Shown here piece by piece: positions 1-9,454 of a DNA stretch of 64,000 nt. Source of the DNA: Deltaproteobacteria bacterium. GTDB taxonomy: Bacteria; Desulfobacterota; Dissulfuribacteria; Dissulfuribacterales; QOAL01. Below the pieces are notes generated by a model, which had not been told where the DNA came from, made no database searches, and saw only the letters and a list, made by a program, of their open reading frames with translations. The stretch spans positions 12,315 through 76,314 of the forward strand of contig JALVJO010000102.1 of NCBI GenBank assembly GCA_027028245.1, written 5' to 3'. A program made the translations under genes and the position numbers. Each line of letters begins with the position of its first letter. The stretch's first letter is position 1.

Positions 1-387
1 GGTACCTCTTGCAGGGCAGAGAGCCACCCTTTTGCCCATGATGTCCTGTTCCCCCGGTCCGAAGAGGGGGTGGGTGCCGCAGACGCTGCATTTGCTGTGG
101 CTGAGCATGGCTTCCACCTGGCGTTCCTTGAGCGAACACATGTCTGTAAGGAAATTTTCCTCAGGGATCAGGGGGGCTACCTCCTGAACCACCTCTTGGA
201 AACAGTCCATGGGTACTGCAAGGATTACCATGGGACACTGTTCAGCCAGGTCCCGGGATGTAAGTTCTGTGTCAAGGTCGGATACCAGGACCTGAAAACC
301 AGCATCCTGGAAGAACCTTTCAAACCAGCGGCCCATTCTTCCCCTGCCGCCTACAATGCCGATTTTCGGCCTAAAGGAGGCGTCCAT
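1..387 (-). CDS. tyrA: prephenate dehydrogenase, N-terminal part (gene runs off the left edge)
   Basis: Not in the ORF track because it is open at the edge. My minus-strand translation from the ATG at 387 reads MDASFRPKIGIVGGRGRMGRWFERFFQDAGFQVLVSDLD...CGTHPLFGPGEQ. It has a Rossmann GxGxxG motif and an HPxFGP motif typical of TyrA. The start overlaps the aroC stop by 17 nt. Confidence 0.75.
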   Translation of the reverse strand, partial: MDASFRPKIGIVGGRGRMGRWFERFFQDAGFQVLVSDLDTELTSRDLAEQCPMVILAVPMDCFQEVVQEVAPLIPEENFLTDMCSLKERQVEAMLSHSKCSVCGTHPLFGPGEQDIMGKRVALCPARGT

Positions 388-1477
388 TTTCCCTGTTCCT
401 TATCAACGTGCAGTGATCCGTTATCTCGATATAAAATCTCCTGAGGAGATGGTCTGCCAGAACCAGCTGCATCATGGCCTTCATCACGGGTACAATCCTG
501 GGGATGGCAGATATATCATGTCTCCCCTTTACAGACAATTTCACCGGTCTGCCCTTAATGTCAATGGTGTCCTGTTCTATGCTGATGGAAGGAATGGGCT
601 TTACTGCAGCCCTTGCCACCACGGGTTCCCCGTTGGAAATTCCTGCCAGTATTCCGCCTGCGTTGTTGCTCAGGAATCCCTGGGGCGAGATAGGGTCGTT
701 ATTGGCAGAACCCGTACTCTGTGCAGCCTGGAAACCAGAGCCTATCTCCACTCCCTTGACGGCCCCGATGGACATGATGGCACCGGCAATGGCTGCATCA
801 AGTTTGTCAAAGACCGGCTCCCCAAGACCGGCAGGGACCCCGTCAGCCATTATTTCAACGATCCCTCCCAGGGAATCTCCCGCCTTTCTGGCGGAAATGA
901 CCCTTTCCTCCATCTTGACTGCAGCCTCCATGTCCGGGCAAAAAAGCCTGTTTCGTTCAATGGCATCCAGGTTTCTCACCTTTGCCGAGACACCGCCCAG
1001 GCTCAGGGTATATGCGAATATCTTTATGCCCGCCAGATCAAGAACCAGCTGAGCCACTGCCCCCGCTGCTACCCTGGCTGCTGTTTCCCGCCCGGATGAT
1101 CTTCCTCCCCCGCGGTAATCCCTGATGCCGAAACGCTTTAGATATGTGTAGTCACCATGCCCCGGCCTGAACAGATCCTTGATATGGTCGTATGATCTGC
1201 TTCTGGCATCCCTGTTTCTGATCATAAGGCTGATGGGGGTTCCGGTGGTAAGCCCCTGGAAAACCCCGGAAAGTATTTCCACCCTGTCCGGTTCCTTTCT
1301 GGTGGTTTCGGCAGCTCCTCCCTTGCCTGGGCGCCTCTTATCCAGGGCCTCCTGGATTACTGCTTCACTGAGGGGCAGCCGGGGAGGGCATCCGTCTATA
1401 ACCGCACCCAGGGCAGGGCCATGGGATTCTCCCCAGGTTGTGACCCTGAAGATCTGACCAAAACTGTTACCCGGCAT
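371..1477 (-). CDS. aroC: chorismate synthase
   Basis: 368-aa ORF. The N-terminus MPGNSFGQIFRVTTWGESHGPALG is the chorismate synthase signature. It overlaps the aroK stop by 11 nt. Confidence 0.95.
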   Translation of the reverse strand: MPGNSFGQIFRVTTWGESHGPALGAVIDGCPPRLPLSEAVIQEALDKRRPGKGGAAETTRKEPDRVEILSGVFQGLTTGTPISLMIRNRDARSRSYDHIKDLFRPGHGDYTYLKRFGIRDYRGGGRSSGRETAARVAAGAVAQLVLDLAGIKIFAYTLSLGGVSAKVRNLDAIERNRLFCPDMEAAVKMEERVISARKAGDSLGGIVEIMADGVPAGLGEPVFDKLDAAIAGAIMSIGAVKGVEIGSGFQAAQSTGSANNDPISPQGFLSNNAGGILAGISNGEPVVARAAVKPIPSISIEQDTIDIKGRPVKLSVKGRHDISAIPRIVPVMKAMMQLVLADHLLRRFYIEITDHCTLIRNRENGRLL

Positions 1478-2006
1478 ACTTTACTGCCTCGCTGATCTCA
1501 CGGGCCAGCTGAAATGGCCCTTTTTCAAAGGTATCAATCTCGAAATGCGAATATTGCCTGTAAAGAGGTTCCCTTTGCTCTAATATCTTGGAGATTTCCT
1601 TTTCTATGTCGTCTCCCGTAAGAGAAGGCCTCCTGGTGGCACTCCTGCTGTCCGAGGCTATGCGCCTTTTCATTACATCCATGGGGGCGGTCAGCCAGAC
1701 CACCACTGCCGTCTTTTTGGCCTTCTCCATGAGCTCTGGATGGAGAACTATGCCTCCGCCGCACGCTACCACCATCTTTTTCTTGTTTTCAACGGCCTTT
1801 TCCAGGGCCTTTCGTTCCAGGTTCCTGAAGGTATCCCATCCCTTCTTTTCGACTATTTCGGAGATGGTAGCGCCTGCGCGTGATTCTATCTCGTCGTCAA
1901 GATCCATGAATGCACATCCCAGCATTCTCGCAAGTTCCCTGCCCACGGAACTTTTTCCAGTAGCACGGTATCCTATGAGAAATATCTTGCCGCGTTTTCC
2001 GGCCAT
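1467..2006 (-). CDS. aroK: shikimate kinase
   Basis: 179 aa with P-loop GYRATGKSSVG. Size and layout match shikimate kinase, and it sits inside the aro operon. Confidence 0.9.
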   Translation of the reverse strand: MAGKRGKIFLIGYRATGKSSVGRELARMLGCAFMDLDDEIESRAGATISEIVEKKGWDTFRNLERKALEKAVENKKKMVVACGGGIVLHPELMEKAKKTAVVVWLTAPMDVMKRRIASDSRSATRRPSLTGDDIEKEISKILEQREPLYRQYSHFEIDTFEKGPFQLAREISEAVKYAG

Positions 2007-2010
2007 GGTT

Positions 2011-3267
2011 TCACACTCTCTTTAAGGCTTTTGTCAGTTTGTCCCAGCGCTGCCAGAAATCAGGGAAAGATTTAGCCACCACGGAATCATCATCGAATCT
2101 TATTCCGTCGATTCTAAGACCTGCCACCGCAAATGACATGGCAATTCTGTGGTCGTCATAGGTGTGGATCACAGCAGGAGTCATGTTGCGGCTGTTGCCC
2201 TTGACCGTCAGGCCGTCTTTGAGTTCTGATGCCTCGATTCCCAGCCTATTGAGCTCTGTGACTACGGCTTTTATCCTGTCGGTTTCCTTTACCCTTAGAT
2301 GGCCCGCGTTGGTGATCCTGGTAGTCCCCTGGGCAAATGCCGCAGTGACTGCCAGAGTGGGCACTATGTCCGGCCACATGCCCATATCTATGTCAACGGC
2401 CTGGAGATTTCCGTTTTTAGGCCCCTGGACCAGGGTGCCTTTTTCATTGCGTTCCACCCTGCACCCCATCTCGGCCAAAATGTCGGCAAAATATGCGTCT
2501 CCCTGAATGGGATTTGCAGGAAGGTTCCTGATCCTGACAGCCATGCCCGTTACTGCAGCCGCCGCCAGGAAATAAGACGCACTGGAAGCATCTGCTTCCA
2601 CCTGGTAGCCTCTGGCCTGATAGGCCGTGCACGGGACAAAAAACGTGTCATCCTCTTCCCGTATTACCACGCCGAAATCTTCCATGACCTTTCTCGTGAT
2701 GTCCACGTAGGGTCTTGAGACGAGTTTCCCGTCAAGTATTATGGTAACGGACCTTGATGCACAGGGCGAAGCCAGGAGAAGTGATGAAAGAAACTGGCTG
2801 CTTATGGATGCAGAAAGATGCACTGTGCCCCCGGAAAGGCCGCGGGATGTTATCCTCACTGGAGGACAATTTGTCCCCTTGATGCTTACGGCCTCAACTC
2901 CAAGCTCATTCAAGGCTGCAAGAAGCGGCCCGGCAGGTCTTTCTTCCATTCGGCTGCTGCCTGTAAGGATCGTGGTGCCGTGTACAAGTGCTGCAAGAGA
3001 CATGAGAAATCTCATGCCGGTACCGTTGTTTCCCATGAAGATTTCTCTTTCAGGCTGCCTGAGTCTTCCCGCTGTACCATGTATGGTCCAGGTCTCGGAA
3101 TCGTCCTGAATTTCAACGCCGAGCATCCGGAGGGCATTTCTCAGCAGTCTGGTGTCATCGCTGTCCAGGGGGGATTCCAGGATGGAATCACCGACGGCCA
3201 GGGAGGACGTGACAAGTGCCCGCTGGGTAATACTCTTTGAACCTGGAACTGTAACTTCAATTGTCAT
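2011..3267 (-). CDS. aroA: 3-phosphoshikimate 1-carboxyvinyltransferase (EPSP synthase)
   Basis: 418 aa. Contains GSKSITQRAL, GNNGTGMRFL and RVKETDRI motifs characteristic of EPSP synthase. Confidence 0.95.
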   Translation of the reverse strand: MTIEVTVPGSKSITQRALVTSSLAVGDSILESPLDSDDTRLLRNALRMLGVEIQDDSETWTIHGTAGRLRQPEREIFMGNNGTGMRFLMSLAALVHGTTILTGSSRMEERPAGPLLAALNELGVEAVSIKGTNCPPVRITSRGLSGGTVHLSASISSQFLSSLLLASPCASRSVTIILDGKLVSRPYVDITRKVMEDFGVVIREEDDTFFVPCTAYQARGYQVEADASSASYFLAAAAVTGMAVRIRNLPANPIQGDAYFADILAEMGCRVERNEKGTLVQGPKNGNLQAVDIDMGMWPDIVPTLAVTAAFAQGTTRITNAGHLRVKETDRIKAVVTELNRLGIEASELKDGLTVKGNSRNMTPAVIHTYDDHRIAMSFAVAGLRIDGIRFDDDSVVAKSFPDFWQRWDKLTKALKRV

Positions 3268-3285
3268 ATCATCTGTCCTGGAAAA

Positions 3286-4101
3286 TCACCTTGTAGCAGC
3301 CTCCAGCAGGGCCTTTTTCATGACTTCAAAAGGGGCCTGCCTTTCTGTCCAGTATTCAAACTGCGCTGCCGCCTGATGAAGAAGCATTTGTGTCCCGGGC
3401 ACGGTCCGGCACCCATGTCTTTCGGCATCTGTGATAAGCCTGGTTTTTTTGCTGCCATAGACTATATCCATCACAACTGAAAACCTGTCCAGCTCTTTTT
3501 CCGGCACGGGAGAAATATTTTGCAGAGGAGTCATGCCCACCGACGTGGTATTGATCAAGATATCTCCTTCTGTTTGCGAAAGCTCATCCAGGCCGGAAAA
3601 GGAGCAGCCGAATTCCCGGGCCAGCTGCCCGGCCTTTTCCACGGTGCGGTTGGCAATGTGCACCAGGGCCCCGGCCCTTGTCAGCCCGTAGACAGCTGCC
3701 CTTGCAGAGCCCCCGGCACCAAGGACCACGATCCTTCTGCCCTTGATCTCCGTCACTGCCCTTAAGGCCTCTACTGCTCCGATCCAGTCAGTATTGGTGC
3801 CTGAAAGGTGTCCCTCGAGGTTTTTTACAGTGTTCACCGCCCCGATCTGCCGTGCAGTTTCATCTATCTCATCCAGGAAATCCATTATGGTTTCCTTGTG
3901 AGGGACTGTAACAGAAAGACCCTTTATCCCCAGTGTCCTTGCTGCATCGGCGGCCTTTGCAGGAGAGTCGGTTTCAAATGCCAGGTAAACCGCGTTTATC
4001 CCCCAGTGCTCAAAGGCAGCATTGTGCATGGCAGGGCTCAGACTGTGGCCCACCGGCCTTCCTATGATGCCGAAAAGCTCAGTGGAAGCATCTATCCGCA
4101 A
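3286..4101 (-). CDS. aroE: shikimate dehydrogenase
   Basis: 271 aa with GIIGRPVGHSLSPAMHNAAF and the NAD(P) loop VLGAGGSARA. Confidence 0.9.
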   Translation of the reverse strand: MRIDASTELFGIIGRPVGHSLSPAMHNAAFEHWGINAVYLAFETDSPAKAADAARTLGIKGLSVTVPHKETIMDFLDEIDETARQIGAVNTVKNLEGHLSGTNTDWIGAVEALRAVTEIKGRRIVVLGAGGSARAAVYGLTRAGALVHIANRTVEKAGQLAREFGCSFSGLDELSQTEGDILINTTSVGMTPLQNISPVPEKELDRFSVVMDIVYGSKKTRLITDAERHGCRTVPGTQMLLHQAAAQFEYWTERQAPFEVMKKALLEAATR

Positions 4102-4104
4102 GGA

Positions 4105-6045
4105 TCAGCTCTCCTTTCCAGATATTTTGGCCTTCACCCAGTTCAGAAGGCTTCCTGCAGCAAGGATGAACCTGTCGCGTTCCGAAAGATCAAGCCTTGC
4201 CTGAAAGGTATTGCCTGAAGACCCCTTTACAGTGACAGTATCTGCTCCGGACAAGAGGGCCTGCCTGATGCCAGGGATTGTCAGCTTTTCCCCCTGCTCT
4301 ATCCGGTTGTAATCCTCCGGGTTTTCAAAGGTCATGGGCACTATTCCGAAATTGATGAGGTTTGCCTTGTGTATCCTGGCAAAACTCTTTACAAGCTTAG
4401 CACGTACTCCGAGGTATCTTGGGGCAAGGGCTGCGTGCTCGCGGGAAGAGCCTTGTCCGTAATTTTCACCGCCTATTATTATAACAGGGGCAAGTTTCTT
4501 GGCACGCCCTGGAAAATCCGGGTCAATGGCCGAGAAGACGAACTGGCTTATGGCCGGAACATTGCTTCTGAGCGGCAGGATCTTGCTGCCTGCAGGCATG
4601 ATATGGTCTGTGGTAATGTTGTCGTCTACCTTGAGGGCCACGGTCACTTCCAGGTCATCGGGCAGGGGTTCGAATTCCGGCAGGGGTTTTATGTTGGGGC
4701 CCCTTATGATTTCCACCCCTGAGGAATCTTCTGCCGGTGGGATTATGCCGTTGTCGTTTACAATGTATTTTTCCGGCAGCTCCACTTCGGGGGCATCACC
4801 AAGATCCCGGGGGTCGGTGATGACCCCGGTGATGGCAGATGCAACGGCTGTCTCAGGGCTGCAGAGATAGACCTTGTCGTTTTTGGTGCCGCTTCTGCCA
4901 GGGAAGTTTCTGGTGAAGGTCCTCATGGAAATGGTATCTGTGGCCGGGGCCTGTCCCATACCGATGCAGCCCAGGCACCCGCACTGGTGTATCCGGGCAC
5001 CGGCATGGATGAGGCTCTTGAGGGCCCCTTTCACATCAGCGTTTTCAAGTACCTGTCTGCTTCCCGGGTTTATCTCGAAACTGACATCCCTGCTGATCTG
5101 CCTGGTTTCAAGGGCCTTTGCTGCGGTTACTATGTCCCTGTAGGAAGAATTTGCGCAGGAGCCGATGATCACCTGGGAAACCGGCTTCCCGGCTGCTTCC
5201 CTCACCTTTACCACGTTGTCCGGTGAGGACGGACATGCAGTCATGGGTTCAAGTTCTGAAAGGTCAAGCTCTATGATTTCTGAGTAGGAAGCATCATGGT
5301 CTGCCTCCAGGGGAACCCAGACATCGGCCCTGTCCTGGCTTTCCAGAAATTTCTTTGTCACGTAATCAGAGGGGAATACCGTGCCGGTGGCACCCAGCTC
5401 TGTGCCCAGATTGGCGATGGCGCCCCTGTCGGTTACCGACAGGGTTTCCACTCCAGGGCCGAAATATTCCATGACCTTTCCCACTCCTCCCTTTACGGAA
5501 AGCCTGCGGAGAAGCTCAAGAATCACGTCCTTTGCCGAGACCCAGGGCTGGAGGCTGCCTGTGAGTCTTATGCCTACCACCTCCGGCATATTGAGATGGA
5601 AGGGCTCTCCTGCCATTGCCATGGCTACGTCCAGGCCGCCTGCTCCCATGGCAAGCATTCCACAGCCCCCGGCAGTGGGGGTATGGCTGTCAGAACCCAG
5701 GAGTGTCTTGCCAGGGGCTGCGAATCTTTCCAGGTGGACCTGGTGGCAGATACCGTTTCCCGGCCTGGAAAAGTATAAGCCGTACCGGGCGGCAATGGAC
5801 TGGAGAAAGCGGTGATCGTCGGCATTCCTGAAGTCGGACTGGAGCAGGTTGTGGTCAACGTAACTGACAGAAAGCTCTGTCTGGACCCTGTCTATACCTA
5901 TGGCCTCAAATTCCAGGTAGGCCATGGTGCCGGTGGCATCCTGGGTGAGGGTCTGGTCTATTCTCAGGGCAATTGGAAGCCCGGTGGTCATCTCTCCCTT
6001 CACTAGATGGGCGGAAATAATCTTTTCAGTAACGTTTAGTCCCAT
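4105..6045 (-). CDS. aconitate hydratase (short, about 640-aa bacterial type)
   Basis: 646 aa. Has the GSDSHTPTAGG motif, Fe-S Cys ligands in IGSCANSS and HQCGCLGCIGMG, and a swivel domain GENYGQGSSREHAA. Its stop lies 3 nt before the aroE start. Confidence 0.85.
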   Translation of the reverse strand: MGLNVTEKIISAHLVKGEMTTGLPIALRIDQTLTQDATGTMAYLEFEAIGIDRVQTELSVSYVDHNLLQSDFRNADDHRFLQSIAARYGLYFSRPGNGICHQVHLERFAAPGKTLLGSDSHTPTAGGCGMLAMGAGGLDVAMAMAGEPFHLNMPEVVGIRLTGSLQPWVSAKDVILELLRRLSVKGGVGKVMEYFGPGVETLSVTDRGAIANLGTELGATGTVFPSDYVTKKFLESQDRADVWVPLEADHDASYSEIIELDLSELEPMTACPSSPDNVVKVREAAGKPVSQVIIGSCANSSYRDIVTAAKALETRQISRDVSFEINPGSRQVLENADVKGALKSLIHAGARIHQCGCLGCIGMGQAPATDTISMRTFTRNFPGRSGTKNDKVYLCSPETAVASAITGVITDPRDLGDAPEVELPEKYIVNDNGIIPPAEDSSGVEIIRGPNIKPLPEFEPLPDDLEVTVALKVDDNITTDHIMPAGSKILPLRSNVPAISQFVFSAIDPDFPGRAKKLAPVIIIGGENYGQGSSREHAALAPRYLGVRAKLVKSFARIHKANLINFGIVPMTFENPEDYNRIEQGEKLTIPGIRQALLSGADTVTVKGSSGNTFQARLDLSERDRFILAAGSLLNWVKAKISGKES

Positions 6046-6142
6046 TTATCAGTTGTTCTCCTTCGGAGCTGTCGATTTACAAAAAAAACAGGGTGGATAC
6101 TACTACAATTGAATAGGGTTTTCCAGATGTCTGTGGCAAAAC

Positions 6143-7342
6143 CTAAGAGCCGGCCATATCTATGTCTCTGTTCAAGAGCAGTATGAGCCGGGCAGGGCTT
6201 TTGAGCCTGCCGGCAAGGCTGCCCGCCTGCTGGCCAGTGCCGCAGTACAAATCAACCCTGAAGGGTCCCTTAATGGCACTGCCCCGGTCATGGTTGAAGA
6301 CCAGGAGAGTATCGGGGCGGTTCTTGAACCAGTTTGGGCCATTTCTTATATTCGGCAACTTCAAGACAAGAAGGCCCGGTACGCCAGGGGGATAGACAGT
6401 GCTGTCCAGGGCCACCGAGGCTCCGGGGACAAGTACCCTGCCGTAACAGCCAATGGGCCCCTTTTCTTCCCACCTGAAGAACACGTAGCGGGGATTTTCA
6501 AAGGAAACCTTCCGGAACCTTTCAGGATGGGCCTCTGCCCACTGCTTGATCCCCGGCCAGTCAAGTTTTTCACGGGGAATAATACCCTGGTTCAAGAGTA
6601 CCTTCCCTATGCTTTTGTACTTAAGACCGTTGCTTGCTGCATAGTGGATGAACCGGGACGTGCCGTCGGGAAAATTGATTATGCCCGATCCCTGGATGTG
6701 AAGCTCCAGCACTTCCACCGGGGATGATAGCCAGCAAAGGGCAGTCTCCGGCGGCAGCAGGTCTCTTTCCTCTATCTCCTTCCTGGAATAATAGGGGACG
6801 AACCTGCGGTTTGAACTTCGGCCCCAGATGGTCACATGGGGCAGGGCAGGGTCGAATGCCTGGAGGTTTGCCTTTAACAGATCAGGGGGCCAGCCGTAGA
6901 CCGGGAAGGAATAATCAGCAGTGGCATTTAGAGAGCCCCTGAAGGAGGGCTGAAAGTAGCCGGTGACAAGTACCGGGTCTTTCCTGCCCTTTTTCGTGAC
7001 TTCCCATGGCTGGAAATCTCGCTGAAGCCTTTTGTACAGCTCCTTGTCAGGGATCCTAAGCCTGAAAACCGCCCTGAGCCCCTGAAGGCTCTTCAGGATG
7101 TCCTGTTTGGAAACGGGAAGCCCTGCCAGGTTCTGCTTTTCCCCTTGTGACTGCAGTACCAGGATGCTTTTTTCAATGCCGGAAAGGATTGTCTTCCTGT
7201 CCTGGAAGTTTGCGGAAATATCAAGATCATCCCAGCCAAGCCTCTCAAGTGAAGGAACCCGTTCCCCTTGGGGGATGAAAAAAAGGAGAACCATGCCCAG
7301 AAGCCCCAGGAGGATGAAAATGACGGCAGAAGCGGTTTTCAA
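6143..7342 (-). CDS. mltA: murein transglycosylase A (MltA family)
   Basis: 399 aa with an N-terminal membrane/signal segment. The MltA-like core includes LELHIQGSGII and the C-terminal 3D-domain motif DRGSAIKGPFRVDLYCG. Confidence 0.8.
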   Translation of the reverse strand: MKTASAVIFILLGLLGMVLLFFIPQGERVPSLERLGWDDLDISANFQDRKTILSGIEKSILVLQSQGEKQNLAGLPVSKQDILKSLQGLRAVFRLRIPDKELYKRLQRDFQPWEVTKKGRKDPVLVTGYFQPSFRGSLNATADYSFPVYGWPPDLLKANLQAFDPALPHVTIWGRSSNRRFVPYYSRKEIEERDLLPPETALCWLSSPVEVLELHIQGSGIINFPDGTSRFIHYAASNGLKYKSIGKVLLNQGIIPREKLDWPGIKQWAEAHPERFRKVSFENPRYVFFRWEEKGPIGCYGRVLVPGASVALDSTVYPPGVPGLLVLKLPNIRNGPNWFKNRPDTLLVFNHDRGSAIKGPFRVDLYCGTGQQAGSLAGRLKSPARLILLLNRDIDMAGS

Positions 7343-7346
7343 CGTA

Positions 7347-8285
7347 TCAAAGGCCGGTTGCTGCCATCTGTTTTTTCACTGCTTCAACGGAAAGGGCCAG
7401 GGCGTCCTTTTCATGGCTTGTGAGGGGAAATTCCAGGATCTTTTCTACTCCCTTTCTTCCAAGTATTACGGGAACTCCCAGAAAGACGCCTTCTATGCCG
7501 AATTCTCCCTCCAGGTAGGCTGCGCAGGGAAGCAGGCGCTTTTGGTCATCAAGTATGGACTGGGCCATTTCCACTGCAGCAAGCCCTGGGGTTGAAAATG
7601 CACTGCCTGTCTTCAGGTGTTTTACGATTTCTCCTCCTCCCTGCTGGGTGCGGGTGACGATCCTTTCAAGTTCATCCCCTGAAAGCAGCTCCTCAACCGG
7701 AACGCCTCCCACGCTTGCAAGCCTGGTAAGAGGCAGCATGTTATCGCCGTGGATGCCCATGACAAGGGCAGTGACATCCCTTGGGGCAACACCCAGTGCC
7801 TGTGCCAGGAAGGTCCGGTACCTGGCTGAATCCAGGACCCCTGCCATGCCGACCACCCTGTTTTTGGGAAACCCTGAAACCTTGAAAACGGTGTATACCA
7901 TGGCATCAATGGGGTTTGTCACTACAACTATCACGGCCCCCGGGGAATAGCGGCAGATGTTTTCCGTGACGGATTTTACTATTTCCACATTCTTGGCCAG
8001 GAGATCATCACGGCTCATGCCGGGCTTTCTCGCCAGCCCTGCCGTTATGATTACCACGTCCGAGTCCCTGGTATCAGAATAATCGTTTGTGCCGGAAACA
8101 ACCCCTGTAAATCCGCACAAAGGGGCGGCCTGGGAAAGATCCAGGGCCTTTCCCTGGGGTACCCCCTCGATTACGTCAATTAGCACGATTTCATCTGCAG
8201 CGTTCCTGCTCACTGCCCACTGGGCTGCAGCAGTCCCTACTGCCCCTGCCCCTACTATGGATAGTTTCCTTGTGGATACCGCCAT
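7347..8285 (-). CDS. mdh: malate dehydrogenase (LDH-like MDH)
   Basis: 312 aa with KLSIVGAGAVG Rossmann start, ITAGLARKPGMSRDDL and GIHGD motifs. Confidence 0.9.
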   Translation of the reverse strand: MAVSTRKLSIVGAGAVGTAAAQWAVSRNAADEIVLIDVIEGVPQGKALDLSQAAPLCGFTGVVSGTNDYSDTRDSDVVIITAGLARKPGMSRDDLLAKNVEIVKSVTENICRYSPGAVIVVVTNPIDAMVYTVFKVSGFPKNRVVGMAGVLDSARYRTFLAQALGVAPRDVTALVMGIHGDNMLPLTRLASVGGVPVEELLSGDELERIVTRTQQGGGEIVKHLKTGSAFSTPGLAAVEMAQSILDDQKRLLPCAAYLEGEFGIEGVFLGVPVILGRKGVEKILEFPLTSHEKDALALSVEAVKKQMAATGL

Positions 8286-9190
8286 TGATTTACTGCTCCT
8301 TTCCTTTGCTGATATGGATGTGACTGTTCATAAAGATATCTCTGGTAATAACTCATGGCTTCTGGAAGAAGGGAACGGATCCGCTGAAGCCTTGCCTGGT
8401 CCGAGGGATGGGTGCTCAAAAATTCCGGGGGCCTTGGTTTTCCCCGGGCTGCCTGCATCATGCGCTGCCAGAAATCTATCGCTGCCCTGGGGTCATATCC
8501 GGCCATTGCCATGAAGATAAGACCAAGGTGATCTGCCTCGTATTCCTGTGTCCTGCTGTAGGGCAGAAGAAGGCCCACATTGGCCCCGAGACCATACATC
8601 TGGTAGAGCAGCTGTCTTGTGGCAGGGCTGTAACTGCCTGCAAAGGCACCAAGTGCTTCTCCTCCCATCTGGAGAAGGAGCTGCTGGCTGAGGCGTTCCC
8701 CCGCGTGATTGGCCACTGCATGGGCAATTTCATGGCCCAGTACCACGGCCAGGCCCGTGTCATCCCTGGCAATGGGAAGCAGTCCCGAATAGACAACCAC
8801 CTTTCCTCCAGGCATGCACCAGGCATTGATCTCCTTGCCGCAGACCAGGTTGAATTCCCACTGAAAGCCCCGAAGACGTGCTGACTGGCCGGTTTCAGCC
8901 ATGAACCTTTCCACGGCGGCCCGTATCCTGTTGCCTACACGTCTGACCATGTTCACCCTGGCAGGATCGGTACATATCTTGTGCTTTTTGAGAAACTGCC
9001 TGTATTCCTGTGCACTCATTGCAATAAGCTGGCTTTCCGGAACAATTTCAAGCTGGCTTCTGCCGGTCACCGGCACCGTTGCACATGAAGAAAGAAGAAA
9101 TGAGCAAAGGACCAGGTAAAGGAGAATTACAGCCGGAATTGCCGGCCTTTCGGTGGATAAGCCCTGCATGGTGTTTTTAAATACAAACAT
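8255..9190 (-). CDS. M48 family zinc metallopeptidase, probable lipoprotein
   Basis: Has the HEIAHAV (HExxH) zinc motif. The signal/lipobox-like N-terminus is ..AVILLYLVLCSFLLSSCA. The ORF is open to 9352, but the Met codons at 9190 or 9169 sit directly in front of the signal peptide. Confidence 0.8.
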   Translation of the reverse strand: MFVFKNTMQGLSTERPAIPAVILLYLVLCSFLLSSCATVPVTGRSQLEIVPESQLIAMSAQEYRQFLKKHKICTDPARVNMVRRVGNRIRAAVERFMAETGQSARLRGFQWEFNLVCGKEINAWCMPGGKVVVYSGLLPIARDDTGLAVVLGHEIAHAVANHAGERLSQQLLLQMGGEALGAFAGSYSPATRQLLYQMYGLGANVGLLLPYSRTQEYEADHLGLIFMAMAGYDPRAAIDFWQRMMQAARGKPRPPEFLSTHPSDQARLQRIRSLLPEAMSYYQRYLYEQSHPYQQRKGAVNQWRYPQGNYP

Positions 9191-9454
9191 GGTCTTACAT
9201 GTAACCTGTTGGAGGATTTGGCGCTTTTTCCATGGAATATCTTTCTGATCTGCCACTGCCATGATATTGCCGGCGGTGGAAACTAAGGGCAATAACGGAC
9301 GCCTGTTTTTTTCTTGTGTCCGGCCAAGGAGATTTAATGTTGCCAGGTGCAACTATTACTGTGATGTTGCGCCTTTTTATTGTAAAATTTTTGCGTTTCA
9401 CTGATCTTTTATCTCTAAGGTATTTGCGAAAGAGTAATCCATGTTCCCTCCGAT

